A stretch of 64,000 bases of DNA from positions 1 through 64,000 of the forward strand of contig RDNZ01000001.1 of NCBI GenBank assembly GCA_011364905.1. Reading direction: 5' to 3'. Position 1 is the stretch's first letter. Every line of letters begins with the position of its first letter. Made by a program: the position numbers and the translations under genes. The stretch comes from Candidatus Thorarchaeota archaeon. GTDB lineage: Archaea > Asgardarchaeota > Thorarchaeia > Thorarchaeales > Thorarchaeaceae. The notes under the pieces are model-generated. The model searched no databases and was not told the origin of the DNA. It saw only the letters and a program-made list of their open reading frames with translations. This document shows positions 47,850 through 58,800 of the stretch, piece after piece.

Positions 47850-48932
47850 ATGCCAAAAGTAGCCGTTGTCAAAACTTCACCTAAGACAATCTTTGATGAC
47901 ATTGCTAGAGCAATGGACCTTGCTGAGTACGATAAATTCGTTTCCAAGGATGTTGCCACCACAATAAAGCTAAATCTTTCGTGGAGCAAACTCTATCCAG
48001 CCTGCTCCACCAACCCCTATATTCTTGATGGGCTTCTTAGGAAATTACTGTCTGATGGATTTGACAACGGGAAAATTCAGGCTGTTGAAAACGAAACTGT
48101 TGTTACAAACATCTATGCAGGAGTGAAAAACAATAATTGGTACCCAGTTATGAAGAAGCACAAGATCAAGTTTCTACCTCTCATTAAGGCCACCTATGTC
48201 AATGTTGATCTGCCTCAAAAAACACTGGTTATGGAGGATATTTTTGGAGAAACAATAGCTCCCAAGGAGATTTTTGGTACTAATATCATTCACCTGCCAA
48301 CCATAAAGACCCATGGTCACACCCAAATGACTGGTGCAATGAAAGACTCCTTTGGCCTCTATCTAACAAAGAACAGGCATCTTGCTCACCTGAAGATTCA
48401 CGAGATCCTGGTTGACCTGCTTTTGATGCAACAAACAATCTCGCACTCAGAGTTCGTATTGACTGATGGAACTGTTATGGGTGATGGACCAGGTCCTAGG
48501 ACGATGGTCCCGAAAATTGGAAATCTACTGATTGCAACATCAGATATGGTTGCAGCAGACACAGTGCAGACAAGGCTAATGGGTATAGACCAGAATTGTG
48601 TCCACAAACTCCAGATTGCAAACAGTCTTGGACTTGGTGAATCTGATCCAGAGCGAATTGAAATAGTGGGTGACTATGAGTCTTGGAAAGACCTCCCTAA
48701 CTTTCATATGAAACCAGGAAAGAGCCCCGTCGTCGCTTTCAATCGGGGATTTTTGAGGTTCCCTGGAATGGAAACATTCTTGTTCAGGTCTCCATTAATG
48801 TGGCTCCCGACTCAGCTCAGTGGTTTATACCATGATGGTATCTGGCTTCCTCTCAAAGGGAGGAAATGGGTCAAATGGTTCCTTGAAGAAACCGAGTGGG
48901 GTAAGCTATGGAGCTCATATTCAGAAAAGTAG
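47850..48932 (+). CDS. DUF362 domain protein
   Basis: IKLNLSW...ST.P, LPTIKTHGHT.MTGAMKD.FG, DGT...GPGP, DMVAAD. Confidence 0.88.
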   Translation: MPKVAVVKTSPKTIFDDIARAMDLAEYDKFVSKDVATTIKLNLSWSKLYPACSTNPYILDGLLRKLLSDGFDNGKIQAVENETVVTNIYAGVKNNNWYPVMKKHKIKFLPLIKATYVNVDLPQKTLVMEDIFGETIAPKEIFGTNIIHLPTIKTHGHTQMTGAMKDSFGLYLTKNRHLAHLKIHEILVDLLLMQQTISHSEFVLTDGTVMGDGPGPRTMVPKIGNLLIATSDMVAADTVQTRLMGIDQNCVHKLQIANSLGLGESDPERIEIVGDYESWKDLPNFHMKPGKSPVVAFNRGFLRFPGMETFLFRSPLMWLPTQLSGLYHDGIWLPLKGRKWVKWFLEETEWGKLWSSYSEK

Positions 48933-48949
48933 GTTGTTAGGAGACTTCA

Positions 48950-49909
48950 ATGATGGGATATTATGAATATTTGAGACTGATGCGTCCGCACCAGTGGTAC
49001 AAGAATGTACTTGTGTTCCTCCCGGTTGTGTTTGGAACACAAAAATTCTTCCCGGTTTGGCTGAACGATGTTGTAGGGAGCATGCCAGTTCTTTTTCTCG
49101 GATTTGCAGTTTTATGCGCTGTATCCAGTGCAGGGTACATATTCAATGACATTGTTGATGAAGAAAAGGACGCCGCTCACCCGGAGAAGCGAGACCGCCC
49201 ACTACCTTCTGGTCAAGCATCAAGATCCACTGCTCTGATTCTGGCAACAGTACTAATGTCTGTCGGACTCATAATAGCATGGCTGCAAGATATTGCATTT
49301 CTTCTGATGATATTGCTATACATAGTCAATAGTCAACTATACAACTGGAAACTCAGAAATTATGCGATTATAGATGTCTGCGTGATTGCCGTGGGTTTCA
49401 TTATAAGAGCAGTATCTGGAACATTTCTCATCAATAAACCGTTCACATCATGGTTAGTCATTGGAGTGTTCTTCTTTGCTCTTGTCTTAGGATTTGGAAA
49501 ACGCAAGAATGAACTCCAACTACTTGGAGCAGATGCAGCACTGCACAAACCAGTATTCAAGCAGTACACTGAAACGATGTTAGATCAAGGCATTGCGATG
49601 GCAGCAACATGGGTTGTTGCGTTTTATGCGCTGTATTGCTACGAGAACTATCAAGCAACCACGGAGTCTCAACCAGTAATCATAACTGTGCCCATAGTCG
49701 CAGGCTTGGTTCTTCGATATGTTCACCTCGTCTACAAAGGAAGTGATGTAGGAAGGAAGCCCCATCTTGCCATCAAGGACAAGGGAATTCTTGCCGGAGC
49801 AATTCTCTTCATTGCGACTTTGCTTGTTACATTGTTCTTCTATCAAGGAATCTATGATTATCTATTCAACCTCTTTCCACCGTTGTTCCCACCCATAATC
49901 CAGCCATAA
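48950..49909 (+). CDS. UbiA-family polyprenyl-phosphate phosphoribosyltransferase (DPPR synthase-like)
   Basis: LMRPHQWYKNVLVF, YIFNDIVDEEKDAAHPEKRDRPLPSG, GFIIRA..G, GKRKNEL. Confidence 0.9.
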   Translation: MMGYYEYLRLMRPHQWYKNVLVFLPVVFGTQKFFPVWLNDVVGSMPVLFLGFAVLCAVSSAGYIFNDIVDEEKDAAHPEKRDRPLPSGQASRSTALILATVLMSVGLIIAWLQDIAFLLMILLYIVNSQLYNWKLRNYAIIDVCVIAVGFIIRAVSGTFLINKPFTSWLVIGVFFFALVLGFGKRKNELQLLGADAALHKPVFKQYTETMLDQGIAMAATWVVAFYALYCYENYQATTESQPVIITVPIVAGLVLRYVHLVYKGSDVGRKPHLAIKDKGILAGAILFIATLLVTLFFYQGIYDYLFNLFPPLFPPIIQP

Positions 49910-49910
49910 G

Positions 49911-50600
49911 GTGAACATCTTGAGCTCCAGACTTTCCGCCTTCGACTTACATATGCATACCATACATTCGAAGGACGGGATGCAGAACCCCCACACACTA
50001 TTCAAGCTCATGAAGAAAAAGGGACTTAGAGGACTGGCTCCTACAGAGCACTGGAGAGCTCCAACCCTCAAAGTGATTGAACGCGATGGAAGATTCATCA
50101 TTCCGGCATGCGAGTACAAGACAACCGATTATGGTGAGGTCATCGGTCTCTTCCTTAATGAACACATTGAGAATAGAAGCTTCCAGGAGATTGCAGAAGA
50201 TATACATGATTGCAATGGCTTGGTCGTACTTCCACATCCCAGAGACCCACTGCGTAAGTACACAGCAATCAGACGTGGACTTCCAGATGAAATAATCGAG
50301 AAGCATGTCGATCTAATAGAGGGCATCAACTCAAGATGCATTATAGACCTTTTCAACAAGAATGCTCAGAAATTGGCCAAACGGCTGAAGAAACCCATGA
50401 CAGCTGGAAGCGATGGTCACACATTCTTGGAGATTGGCCATGCCAAGACTTGGTTGCAGGACATCGAAACATCAGATGATATTTATGAGGAGTTGAAGCG
50501 TGGACGTACTCAGATTACAGGATACCCATCGTTTTTCATGCTACATATCCCCACAATGCTATGGCAGAGAGTAAGGAGGATTGCCTATGACAGCTGGTGA
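49911..50600 (+). CDS. PHP-domain phosphoesterase
   Basis: DLHMHTIHSKDG, TEH, PHP, AGSDGH. Confidence 0.9.
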   Translation: MNILSSRLSAFDLHMHTIHSKDGMQNPHTLFKLMKKKGLRGLAPTEHWRAPTLKVIERDGRFIIPACEYKTTDYGEVIGLFLNEHIENRSFQEIAEDIHDCNGLVVLPHPRDPLRKYTAIRRGLPDEIIEKHVDLIEGINSRCIIDLFNKNAQKLAKRLKKPMTAGSDGHTFLEIGHAKTWLQDIETSDDIYEELKRGRTQITGYPSFFMLHIPTMLWQRVRRIAYDSW

Positions 50601-51621
50601 TGAAATCTCTTCTAAGAATGAAAGATCAATGATTAGTGCCCAAAGGGTCATCGTATTTGTAATTGTCAGCGTGTTGGTCTTTGCAGCTGTAGGACTCTAC
50701 GGACAGTTGGATGCTGTTGCAGCAGCTTTGGCATCCATTCCCTGGTGGTGGGTTCTACCAGCCATGATGGCTTTGTCGTTTTTCAACTACTTAATGCGGT
50801 ATGTGAAGTGGCAATATTTCCTACACAGGATTGATGTCAACTTAACTAACAGAGATAGTTTTAGCGTGTTTCTTGCAGGTTTCACATTAACAACAACACC
50901 AGGCAAGATTGGTGAAGCAATCAAGGGTTATTTCATTCGAGATATCGATGGTACACCTATAGCTAGAACAGTACCTGTTGTTGTTTCAGAACGCGTAACA
51001 GACCTCCTTGCACTTGTATTATTGGCAATGATTGGATTTGGCATTGGTGTAAACACAGGAGACCAGCTTTTGACCGTACTCATGTTGGGCGGGGTCATCC
51101 TTGTAGCAGCAATCGTTCTGAGTCAGAAAACCTTCTACCGAAAAGTCCTCAAACGCTTGACATCAATTGGACCCTTGAAGCGGTTCAAGGATCATATTGA
51201 TGATGTGGAATTCACAATGACCCAGACATTGGGTCCAAAACCGCTGACCTTGAGTACATCTGTAAGTATCCCAGGTTGGTTCATGGAATGCTTGGAGTTG
51301 TGGCTTTTATTGAGTCTGCTTTCGGGTGCAGGAATTCCATCCCTCTCCGCCGCATCTCTGATTCTCTTACTTCAGGCAACTTTTGTTCATGCGACAGCCT
51401 CAATCATAGGCGCAGTTTCCTTTCTTCCTGGCGGCGTTGGGACCTATGAGGTCACATCAGTATTGCTGATTACACTGCTACTTGGATTTACTCCCGACCT
51501 TGCTAGTGCAGCCACAATCCTGATCAGAGTGGTGACACTGTGGTTTAGCGTCATTGTAGGATTCATTGCCTTTGGTATAGTGACACGTAGGACAAGTAAA
51601 CGCCACAAGACTAGCGAGTGA
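50587..51621 (+). CDS. UPF0104 / lysylphosphatidylglycerol-synthase TM-domain protein (flippase-like)
   Basis: RYVKWQYFL, TTPGKIGE.IK, SERVTD, PGGVGTYE, LIRVVTLWF. Confidence 0.9.
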   Translation: MTAGDEISSKNERSMISAQRVIVFVIVSVLVFAAVGLYGQLDAVAAALASIPWWWVLPAMMALSFFNYLMRYVKWQYFLHRIDVNLTNRDSFSVFLAGFTLTTTPGKIGEAIKGYFIRDIDGTPIARTVPVVVSERVTDLLALVLLAMIGFGIGVNTGDQLLTVLMLGGVILVAAIVLSQKTFYRKVLKRLTSIGPLKRFKDHIDDVEFTMTQTLGPKPLTLSTSVSIPGWFMECLELWLLLSLLSGAGIPSLSAASLILLLQATFVHATASIIGAVSFLPGGVGTYEVTSVLLITLLLGFTPDLASAATILIRVVTLWFSVIVGFIAFGIVTRRTSKRHKTSE

Positions 51622-52699
51622 TTTGGTAGCTCCTCACAAGCTCTAACATCTCTCTTGCACTGCTTTTCTGCTCGAAGTGTGTCCGAACTGGATCTATCAT
51701 CTTATCGAGATAAGTCACCATTGTGTTCTTCAGGTCCAGGGGATGAAGGTCTCCTGCAACATATGCGTCTTCCAGGTCTTTGTAACTGGTAAAATCGATG
51801 TCGCCCCCAAATTTCTGTTTCCGCTCAACGGTTATACTTTCAAAGCCACGAAAGATAATATGCTTTGCATAATCTAATAGAGGATTCCCTTCAACCTCCT
51901 TTGGCGGACAGAATGCGGCCATTATTTTCGTGCGAATCTCATCTTTTGTGTCGTGGACAAAGATGCTGGATTCAGGCTTACTCTTACTCATCTTTGAAGA
52001 GATTTGAACGTCAAATCCTTTCTCCTCATCATAGCCCTCAGGTTCAGCAGCACCTTCAAGGTTCATGAGCATATGATGACTGATGACTACGGGCTTCCAC
52101 CACCCAAGCTTCGGTCCTACCTCTCGTGCAAGCATATTTGCCCTTCGCTGGTCAAGCCCTAATTGTGTGATGTCTGCTTCAAGATGGAATATATCAGCAA
52201 CTTGCATCATGGGATAGAAGTATTGAGCGACCTCTTTCATCTCGCCTTCTCTTCTACCCATAATTGTGAGTGCGCGAGTAGCTCTGGCTACGGTTGTATT
52301 TTTAGCGATTTTAACAACCCGAGACCAGTAATCCACAGAGTCCATCGCCTCGGAGGCCCACAGAAACTCAACTTTGTCTGTAGGAACGCCCCCAGCTTTC
52401 CAAACCTCAATGAAATACTCCCCAATGTGCCGGATTTTTTCTAGGTCTCCATCCATTTTATTGTTTATCCAAGCAAACCAATCTGCAAGCCATATTTTGA
52501 ACTTGACTCCTGCTTTTATGAGATCCTTCAGAAGAAGTGCTCGAAACACACCGAACGCAAGATGAGCCATCCCAGATGGTTCGAACCCGTCATAAGCTAT
52601 TGGATTCTTTTTTTCTTCCAAGAGTTGCCTAAGCTCAGGTAGTGTTACGACTTCTTCGCCCACGCTAGTGATTAACTTGATTCTTTCATCGAGGTTCAT
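51611..52699 (-). CDS. tyrS: Tyrosine--tRNA ligase (archaeal/eukaryote type)
   Basis: YDGFEPSG.AHLAFG, ADWFA, YPMMQVADIF, LGLDQR, KMSKS, LHPLDLK. Confidence 0.97.
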   Translation of the reverse strand: MNLDERIKLITSVGEEVVTLPELRQLLEEKKNPIAYDGFEPSGMAHLAFGVFRALLLKDLIKAGVKFKIWLADWFAWINNKMDGDLEKIRHIGEYFIEVWKAGGVPTDKVEFLWASEAMDSVDYWSRVVKIAKNTTVARATRALTIMGRREGEMKEVAQYFYPMMQVADIFHLEADITQLGLDQRRANMLAREVGPKLGWWKPVVISHHMLMNLEGAAEPEGYDEEKGFDVQISSKMSKSKPESSIFVHDTKDEIRTKIMAAFCPPKEVEGNPLLDYAKHIIFRGFESITVERKQKFGGDIDFTSYKDLEDAYVAGDLHPLDLKNTMVTYLDKMIDPVRTHFEQKSSAREMLELVRSYQITR

Positions 52700-52804
52700 G
52701 CCGTCAGCATTGGACGATTCTCACTTAACTGTTCTCCAAAACAGGCAAGTAAACGCTAGAATCTGAATCTCATTCGACCATTGCAAAGCACAAAATAGTA
52801 GAAG

Positions 52805-52827
52805 CCAGTTGGAAAGCATCCAACTGG
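52805..52827 (-). terminator. Hairpin downstream of the giant surface-protein operon
   Basis: CCAGTTGGA-AAGCA-TCCAACTGG perfect 9-bp stem 13 nt after the stop; minus-strand TTCTACTATTTT follows. Confidence 0.6.
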
Positions 52828-52840
52828 TTCATTGATTTGA

Positions 52841-55800
52841 TTAGTCCAAGTCAATCCCTAGACTGCTTAAGAGGGCATCGAGGTCCGCCTTTGAGAGACT
52901 CTTTGCTTCTTCTAGAATGACATCAATCTCATCAATAGCCATTCCTTTCTTAATGAGCTTCTGTCGTAGATCCTCCAACTCCTCAGGTCTCTGTTCGAGA
53001 GGTATCTCCTCGGGAGCAGGTTTGCCCTCTGGTGGTTTGGCCAGCACATCAGCTCGACGAGCTTTTTCTTGCTCAATTACCTCCTTTAAGAATCCAGGAC
53101 GCTCACTTGCTCTCATTCTTGCCAAGTCTGCCCTAAAGGCATCCATCTCTAGAGCACCTAAGCCTGTAAGAGCTGCAAGTTCTTCGAGCAATTCATTAAC
53201 TTCAGGTACAGTGGTAACAATTGGATAATCGATAACCTCGTCTGGCGTCTTTACAAGCCTCAACGGGTGTATCTCCTCGTTCACTATCTCCCTCGCCAAT
53301 CCCTGTCTGGTTGGAGCGCTAGGTGGTTTAGGTATTCTCCCTTTGCTAAGAGCACGCATCATTCTGTTCATGTCTCTGATCTGCTTGGGAACACTCCAAA
53401 CCCTTACATAGACTACGATGAACAAAGCTACAAAGACCAGGGCAAATCCTCCCACAATGGTCAAGAATCGCTGAGCTTCCGCTTCTGCGCTTCTATCTGA
53501 CTTAATGTTGAGGACCAATTGTCCAGATGCGTAAGTATCCTTCTGGAAGTTGATTGTTATTGAGAATGTCCCAACTTCATCTACTCTAAAGAAGAGGGTA
53601 TAGATTCCATTTTCATCACGCTTCAAATTCTCCAGGTAGGTTATGTTGCCTTGGCTAAATACGGGTGATATGCTAGCATCAGGAATTCCAACAAGGTGGT
53701 CAAGGTCGTAGTATGTGATCTGAACCTCAATTCTTGCTCCTGGGCGTGTGTAGATAGTGTTGTTGGTAATGGTCAATGTCGTTGCTATGGGTCTAATTGT
53801 CAATTCAAGGTGTTTAGGAGCAATCGAGTATTTCCCTGTTCCAAAGTCTATGTCAAAGCTGTATGATCCATATGGAAGATCACTAGGAATATTCATTGAG
53901 TATGAACCATTTTCTAGGAGCTGGAGTGGAATATTGAACAGCTGAGTTGAGTAAGCAATACCATTTACATCAGTTACGGATGAATTATCTAAACGATTGA
54001 TAACGTTGTACAGAATACTGGATTGTTCATTAATAGGAACAGAGTACAGCTCTGGTCCCAATATATCTGCGGGAGTAACATAGATTTCAATCTTTGCGGT
54101 TACAACTCGAGAGGTGTAGTTGGTAAGATCAAATCGGACCACTAGATCATACAATCCTGGGTTCTCGACATTGATTGGTACATTAACCTCGTAAGATCCG
54201 TTTATATGTTGGATAACAACCAGATCTCCCCCTTCCCAACTGGCTAGCACATTGGCACCATAGATCAACGAGTTATGCTGAGTATCATTGTAGTAGAATA
54301 GAAATGATTTCGTGTCACCCCAATATCCGCTCTGTAGGATTGGGACTGCAGTTGCTTGAGTTGGTATAGGTAAGATAGTGATGACTATAGACTTGTATGC
54401 CGTAGCGTATCCCATTTTGTCTGCCGTCATCCGGAGGTATATGGATTGGCTCGCAAGTGAACTGACATCAATGAAAGCACTGTATGATCCATTTAGTAGA
54501 TCAGTGAAGGTACCACTCAAACTACCCAATGTGTATGATACTGTAGCACCAGAAACAAGTGCTGCATGGAAAGTATCATTGTATACCGCCGTCAAGGACA
54601 ATGAGTCGCCGAAAAAGACGTATCGGATCGTAGTTCCGTCTGACGACGCAATTGTTGTTGGAATTGGGACGATACGTATGTCAATGTTGGTCTCTATGAA
54701 CTGAACATTTGTGGTTACAGCTCTGATTGTCAATGGGAAGACACCAACAGCGAATCCGGTAACATCTACCGATCCAGTGTACCAACCTGGGACACCAGTG
54801 GGCGTAAGGCCAGTTACTGTTCCATTCCATTCCATTGTCACACTCGCACCAGTGACGGGTAAGTCAGTGACTGTGCTTCTCAAGTATAGATCGAAATCGA
54901 TTACATTGTCTATAACTGCGTCATAGGTTGACTGCAAAGGTACTATCTGACCAGGAGCTTTTGAAACCACGAGAGTGAATGATTTCTGTCTGGTTTGGTA
55001 AAACTCCCTTGATGCTGTAATCTGTGGATTGTAAATGCCAAAATCTGCATCTGACGTATCAAGCAGCAAGTAGTAAGAGCCGTCCCCAGCATCAACAAAG
55101 TCGTAGATTGTGCTAGCCCAAAGTAGGGTTGCATTGAATCCCTCTAGATAACTCAAGTAGAAGGGTTCTTGGACTCGGAAACTAATGTTTAGAACTTCTC
55201 CCCAATCTCCATAGTAAGTGGATTGAGTCAAGACAATTTGTACAAGTTGCGCACCAGGTTGTACCGCGACTTGCGCTTCAGCGACTTGATAGAAGTTCTT
55301 TGTGGCTGTCACGGTGATTGAATATTGTTGAGCAACCAGTCCGGTAGTGTTCAAGGTGAGCGAATACAACCCATTGCCATTCTCAACCCATTGATATGCA
55401 TTGCCAGTTATATCGGTCCAATCACACTGTATTACTGCGCCTTCTAGAATCGTTCCGTGGTCCAAATCTTCTAGGGTAAGGGCTATGTTAATTGGAACTC
55501 CAACTGCTGTTGAACCAGCTGGTGGTGCCTCAGCAAGAAGCGATGTATGGACTGCTCTGACCAGTGCGGGAACATTCAATGCACTTCGGTCTGAATAGAA
55601 TGGGGAACCAGTCCATGTTATTGTGATATTGAAGTACACAGTCCCTGGTGAGCTGAAAAGAGTTGTATTCAATGTTATTTGATAGACTCCGTTACCAAGA
55701 CTGCTTACATGATAATCAGGCGAAGACCAACTACTACAGAATAATGTAACAGTTGCACCTTCGATTCCATCACCTGTGAGAAAATCAATGTATTCGAGGT

Positions 55801-58800
55801 TCATTGTGATATTGTCAAAGTATGGGGTTTCCTCCACAAGTGGAAATAGAATCACAGTTGAACGATAAGTCGTTGATGCTTGCGTAGTTGCAGTTCTATC
55901 AGCATAGAAGGGTGAACCTGATGTCCAATCTATACTTAGTTGAATAGCATGACTTGTTACCAAACTAAACGCATCTAGAATGGTTGAATTGAAACTAATC
56001 TCGTAGTATGTTCCGAAATTCACAAGAGTATAGTCACCGGATGCTATCACAGTCTGACTGACTCCATGGCTCAAGGTTATGTCACTCTTGTCAATTGTGA
56101 TAAATGACTTATCTAAGAAGTCTTCAAACACAAACCTGAAGGATACATTCTCGAGGAATGGAGTGCTACCGGGAGTCTTCGTTATTCGAATTTGCGTCGG
56201 TCGTTCTATAATATTAGCAGACAGTGTTCGTCGCGATGATAGATAATAGGGCGCTCCTGAGAAGGATGTTGTTACATTGAGTTGAAATGTACCCGGTGGT
56301 CCGAGAGCCGCGGTGTCAATTTCAACCAGATAATCGCCATTACCATTGTCTGTGATCCAATAGTCCACGCCCAAGGTCAAAGTGAGAGGATCGCTTGTCA
56401 CCATGACTGATGCGCTAGTGATACCGATACCTGAGCTATCATCGGTGAATGTAATGACAAATGTAATGTTTGACTGATATGGTGCATTGTCTGGACTCTC
56501 ATAGCTCAACTGTGTTGACCTTTCTAGAACAGTGAAGGCGAAGTACTCGAAGTTGTCACTTACATAATTAGGTCCAGTGTATGCTATGCTTGCATTGATG
56601 TAGTGAACCCCAGGCGGACCAAACGCTGAGGAGTTCAAGACTACAGTGAAGTGACCATCAGACACTGGTGTTACATGATAGAAAGCAGCACCAATGTTCA
56701 GAGTGAGAGTACCAGTCATTGCAGTCGTTGTTCCTGAGATTATGTCGGTGTAGACGAACTGAATGGTGACATTGTTACCCCATTGCGCCGGAGTAAATGG
56801 TAGGTGCGTCAACTGAGAACTTCTAAGCAAAACCATGACTAAGAATTGCTGGTTTTGTACGTCAGCATAGAATGGTGTGCCACTCCAAGTCAGGTTGAGG
56901 TGAAGTGCGACTTGACCCACGCCACTTAGAGAGGAAGTATTGATGACTACTGTAAACTCATTAGTACCAGGATCAAAGGAGTAGGACCAATCAACTCCAG
57001 GCTCATTGATTTCGATATTCAATGATGCAGAGTCTGCAATCCGTTCTGTTCGGATGGAATCAACGAATGAAAACACAAGACTTGCGTCCTCACCATAGGC
57101 AGTCGGTGAAACGGGTGAATAATCAATGTACGTGGGGCGTTCAAGAACCATAAGGAAAACACTGATTGTTTGATTCTCATATAGCGGGAGGACTCCGGCA
57201 CTCCACAGAAAGCCGATATTCACTTGGAACAATCCTACACCTTCGAGATTTGTGCTGTTAAGATGGAACTCATAGAGTACAGTAGCTCCCTGATTAACGA
57301 TTTCAATGTGGAAATCGTCTCCAGTAACTGGATTCACGCCAATGGGTGTGAAGGAAAGTGACACAGCGCCAGTTACGTTTGAGATGTAGGTTGAGTTGAC
57401 CACATCATAGAACACAGCTGAGAATGTGAAGTTGTCCAGATAGTACGTGGCAACGGGAGCTGTTTCTAAATACAAGTCGGTTTCTGTGCCTATCAATCTA
57501 AACGTAGTGTCAAGAGTTCGAGATTGGAACTTTAGTACTGGTCCCGTCCAACTGATTTGGATAGAGATGTTTTTCCAACCGACAGTTGACCACTGTAAAG
57601 TTGGAACTGTGATATTATAATGACCTGAACCCAGATCGCTCACAGAATAGACCAGTATGGGCAAATCAGAGGGCGTGACTAGAATATGAACATAGCCAGA
57701 GCTATTATCTATACCTAAGTTTAAGTCTGAGTCAAGATAGTTGACTAGAATATATGCATCAACTCCATGCGGAGTCTGAAGTATTGGATCCTCAAGCGTA
57801 AACAGAGTTGAATGTGATCTAACTTGTACACTTATTGAAATCGTATGATTCTGCATCTTTGTACCAGAGAAGCTCACAGAAACTGAGGATGTTCCTAGCG
57901 GAGTGGAATCAGTTGTGAATATAGTGAGTCTATACAGTCCTACCGAAATCTCATTGATACTATAAGTACCGGACCAATCGCAGAGGATTGAATTGTTTAG
58001 ACCAGTGAGGGGTGTATTGTGGTCTGCATCAGTCCACTCGAAAGTCAATGAACCAGACTCGCCAACTGGAATTGCAACAACATTTTGCAGGTAGGTCACC
58101 TTTGTGTATAGTTCCCTGACTTCAACATAGAGCAGATACCGCTGGGGTAGAATATATGGTGCACTTCCTGTGATCTCTACAACATATTCTCCCATTGCAA
58201 CAAAGGTTGTATTGAGCCAGAACTTGTAGCTCCCTGGTGATCCTGCTACAGGCGTAACGCTATAGTAGCTAGACCAATTACAGTCGACAGTTCCCGAAAC
58301 AATTCGTGAACCGAGATAGTCCTCAAATCCTATCGTGAAAGAGCTGTTATATCCAGAGGGGATTGATAGTCCTGGCGAAACGGGTGCTTCAAGCATCAAA
58401 TTTGCATCGAAGTTGAGGTTTATTGTCAATACATCATGAACTGCATCGAAATAAGGATGAGTCCAGTCAAGATTCAGAGTGTACTGTCCTTTCTGAGGCA
58501 AGTCACCAGTATCAAGTGTAGCGATGTACTCACCATTGCCAGCTGTTCCGAAATACTCTGTACCAGTGGTCCAGTTATAGCTCATCTGCCCATCTGAAAC
58601 GGTCACTCCAGGAATATCAGTATCATTGATTTGAATTCTAATGAGAAACAGATCAGGATAGGTCACATTTGTTGTCCAGGTTACAATGGCATCCTTTGGA
58701 TTCAACAAGGTAGATTCGGATGCATGTATAATACTGAATGAACGACGGAAGAATCCAGTCTTGTTCCATGCAGAGCCTGATAGACTGTTGGAGCAAAATG

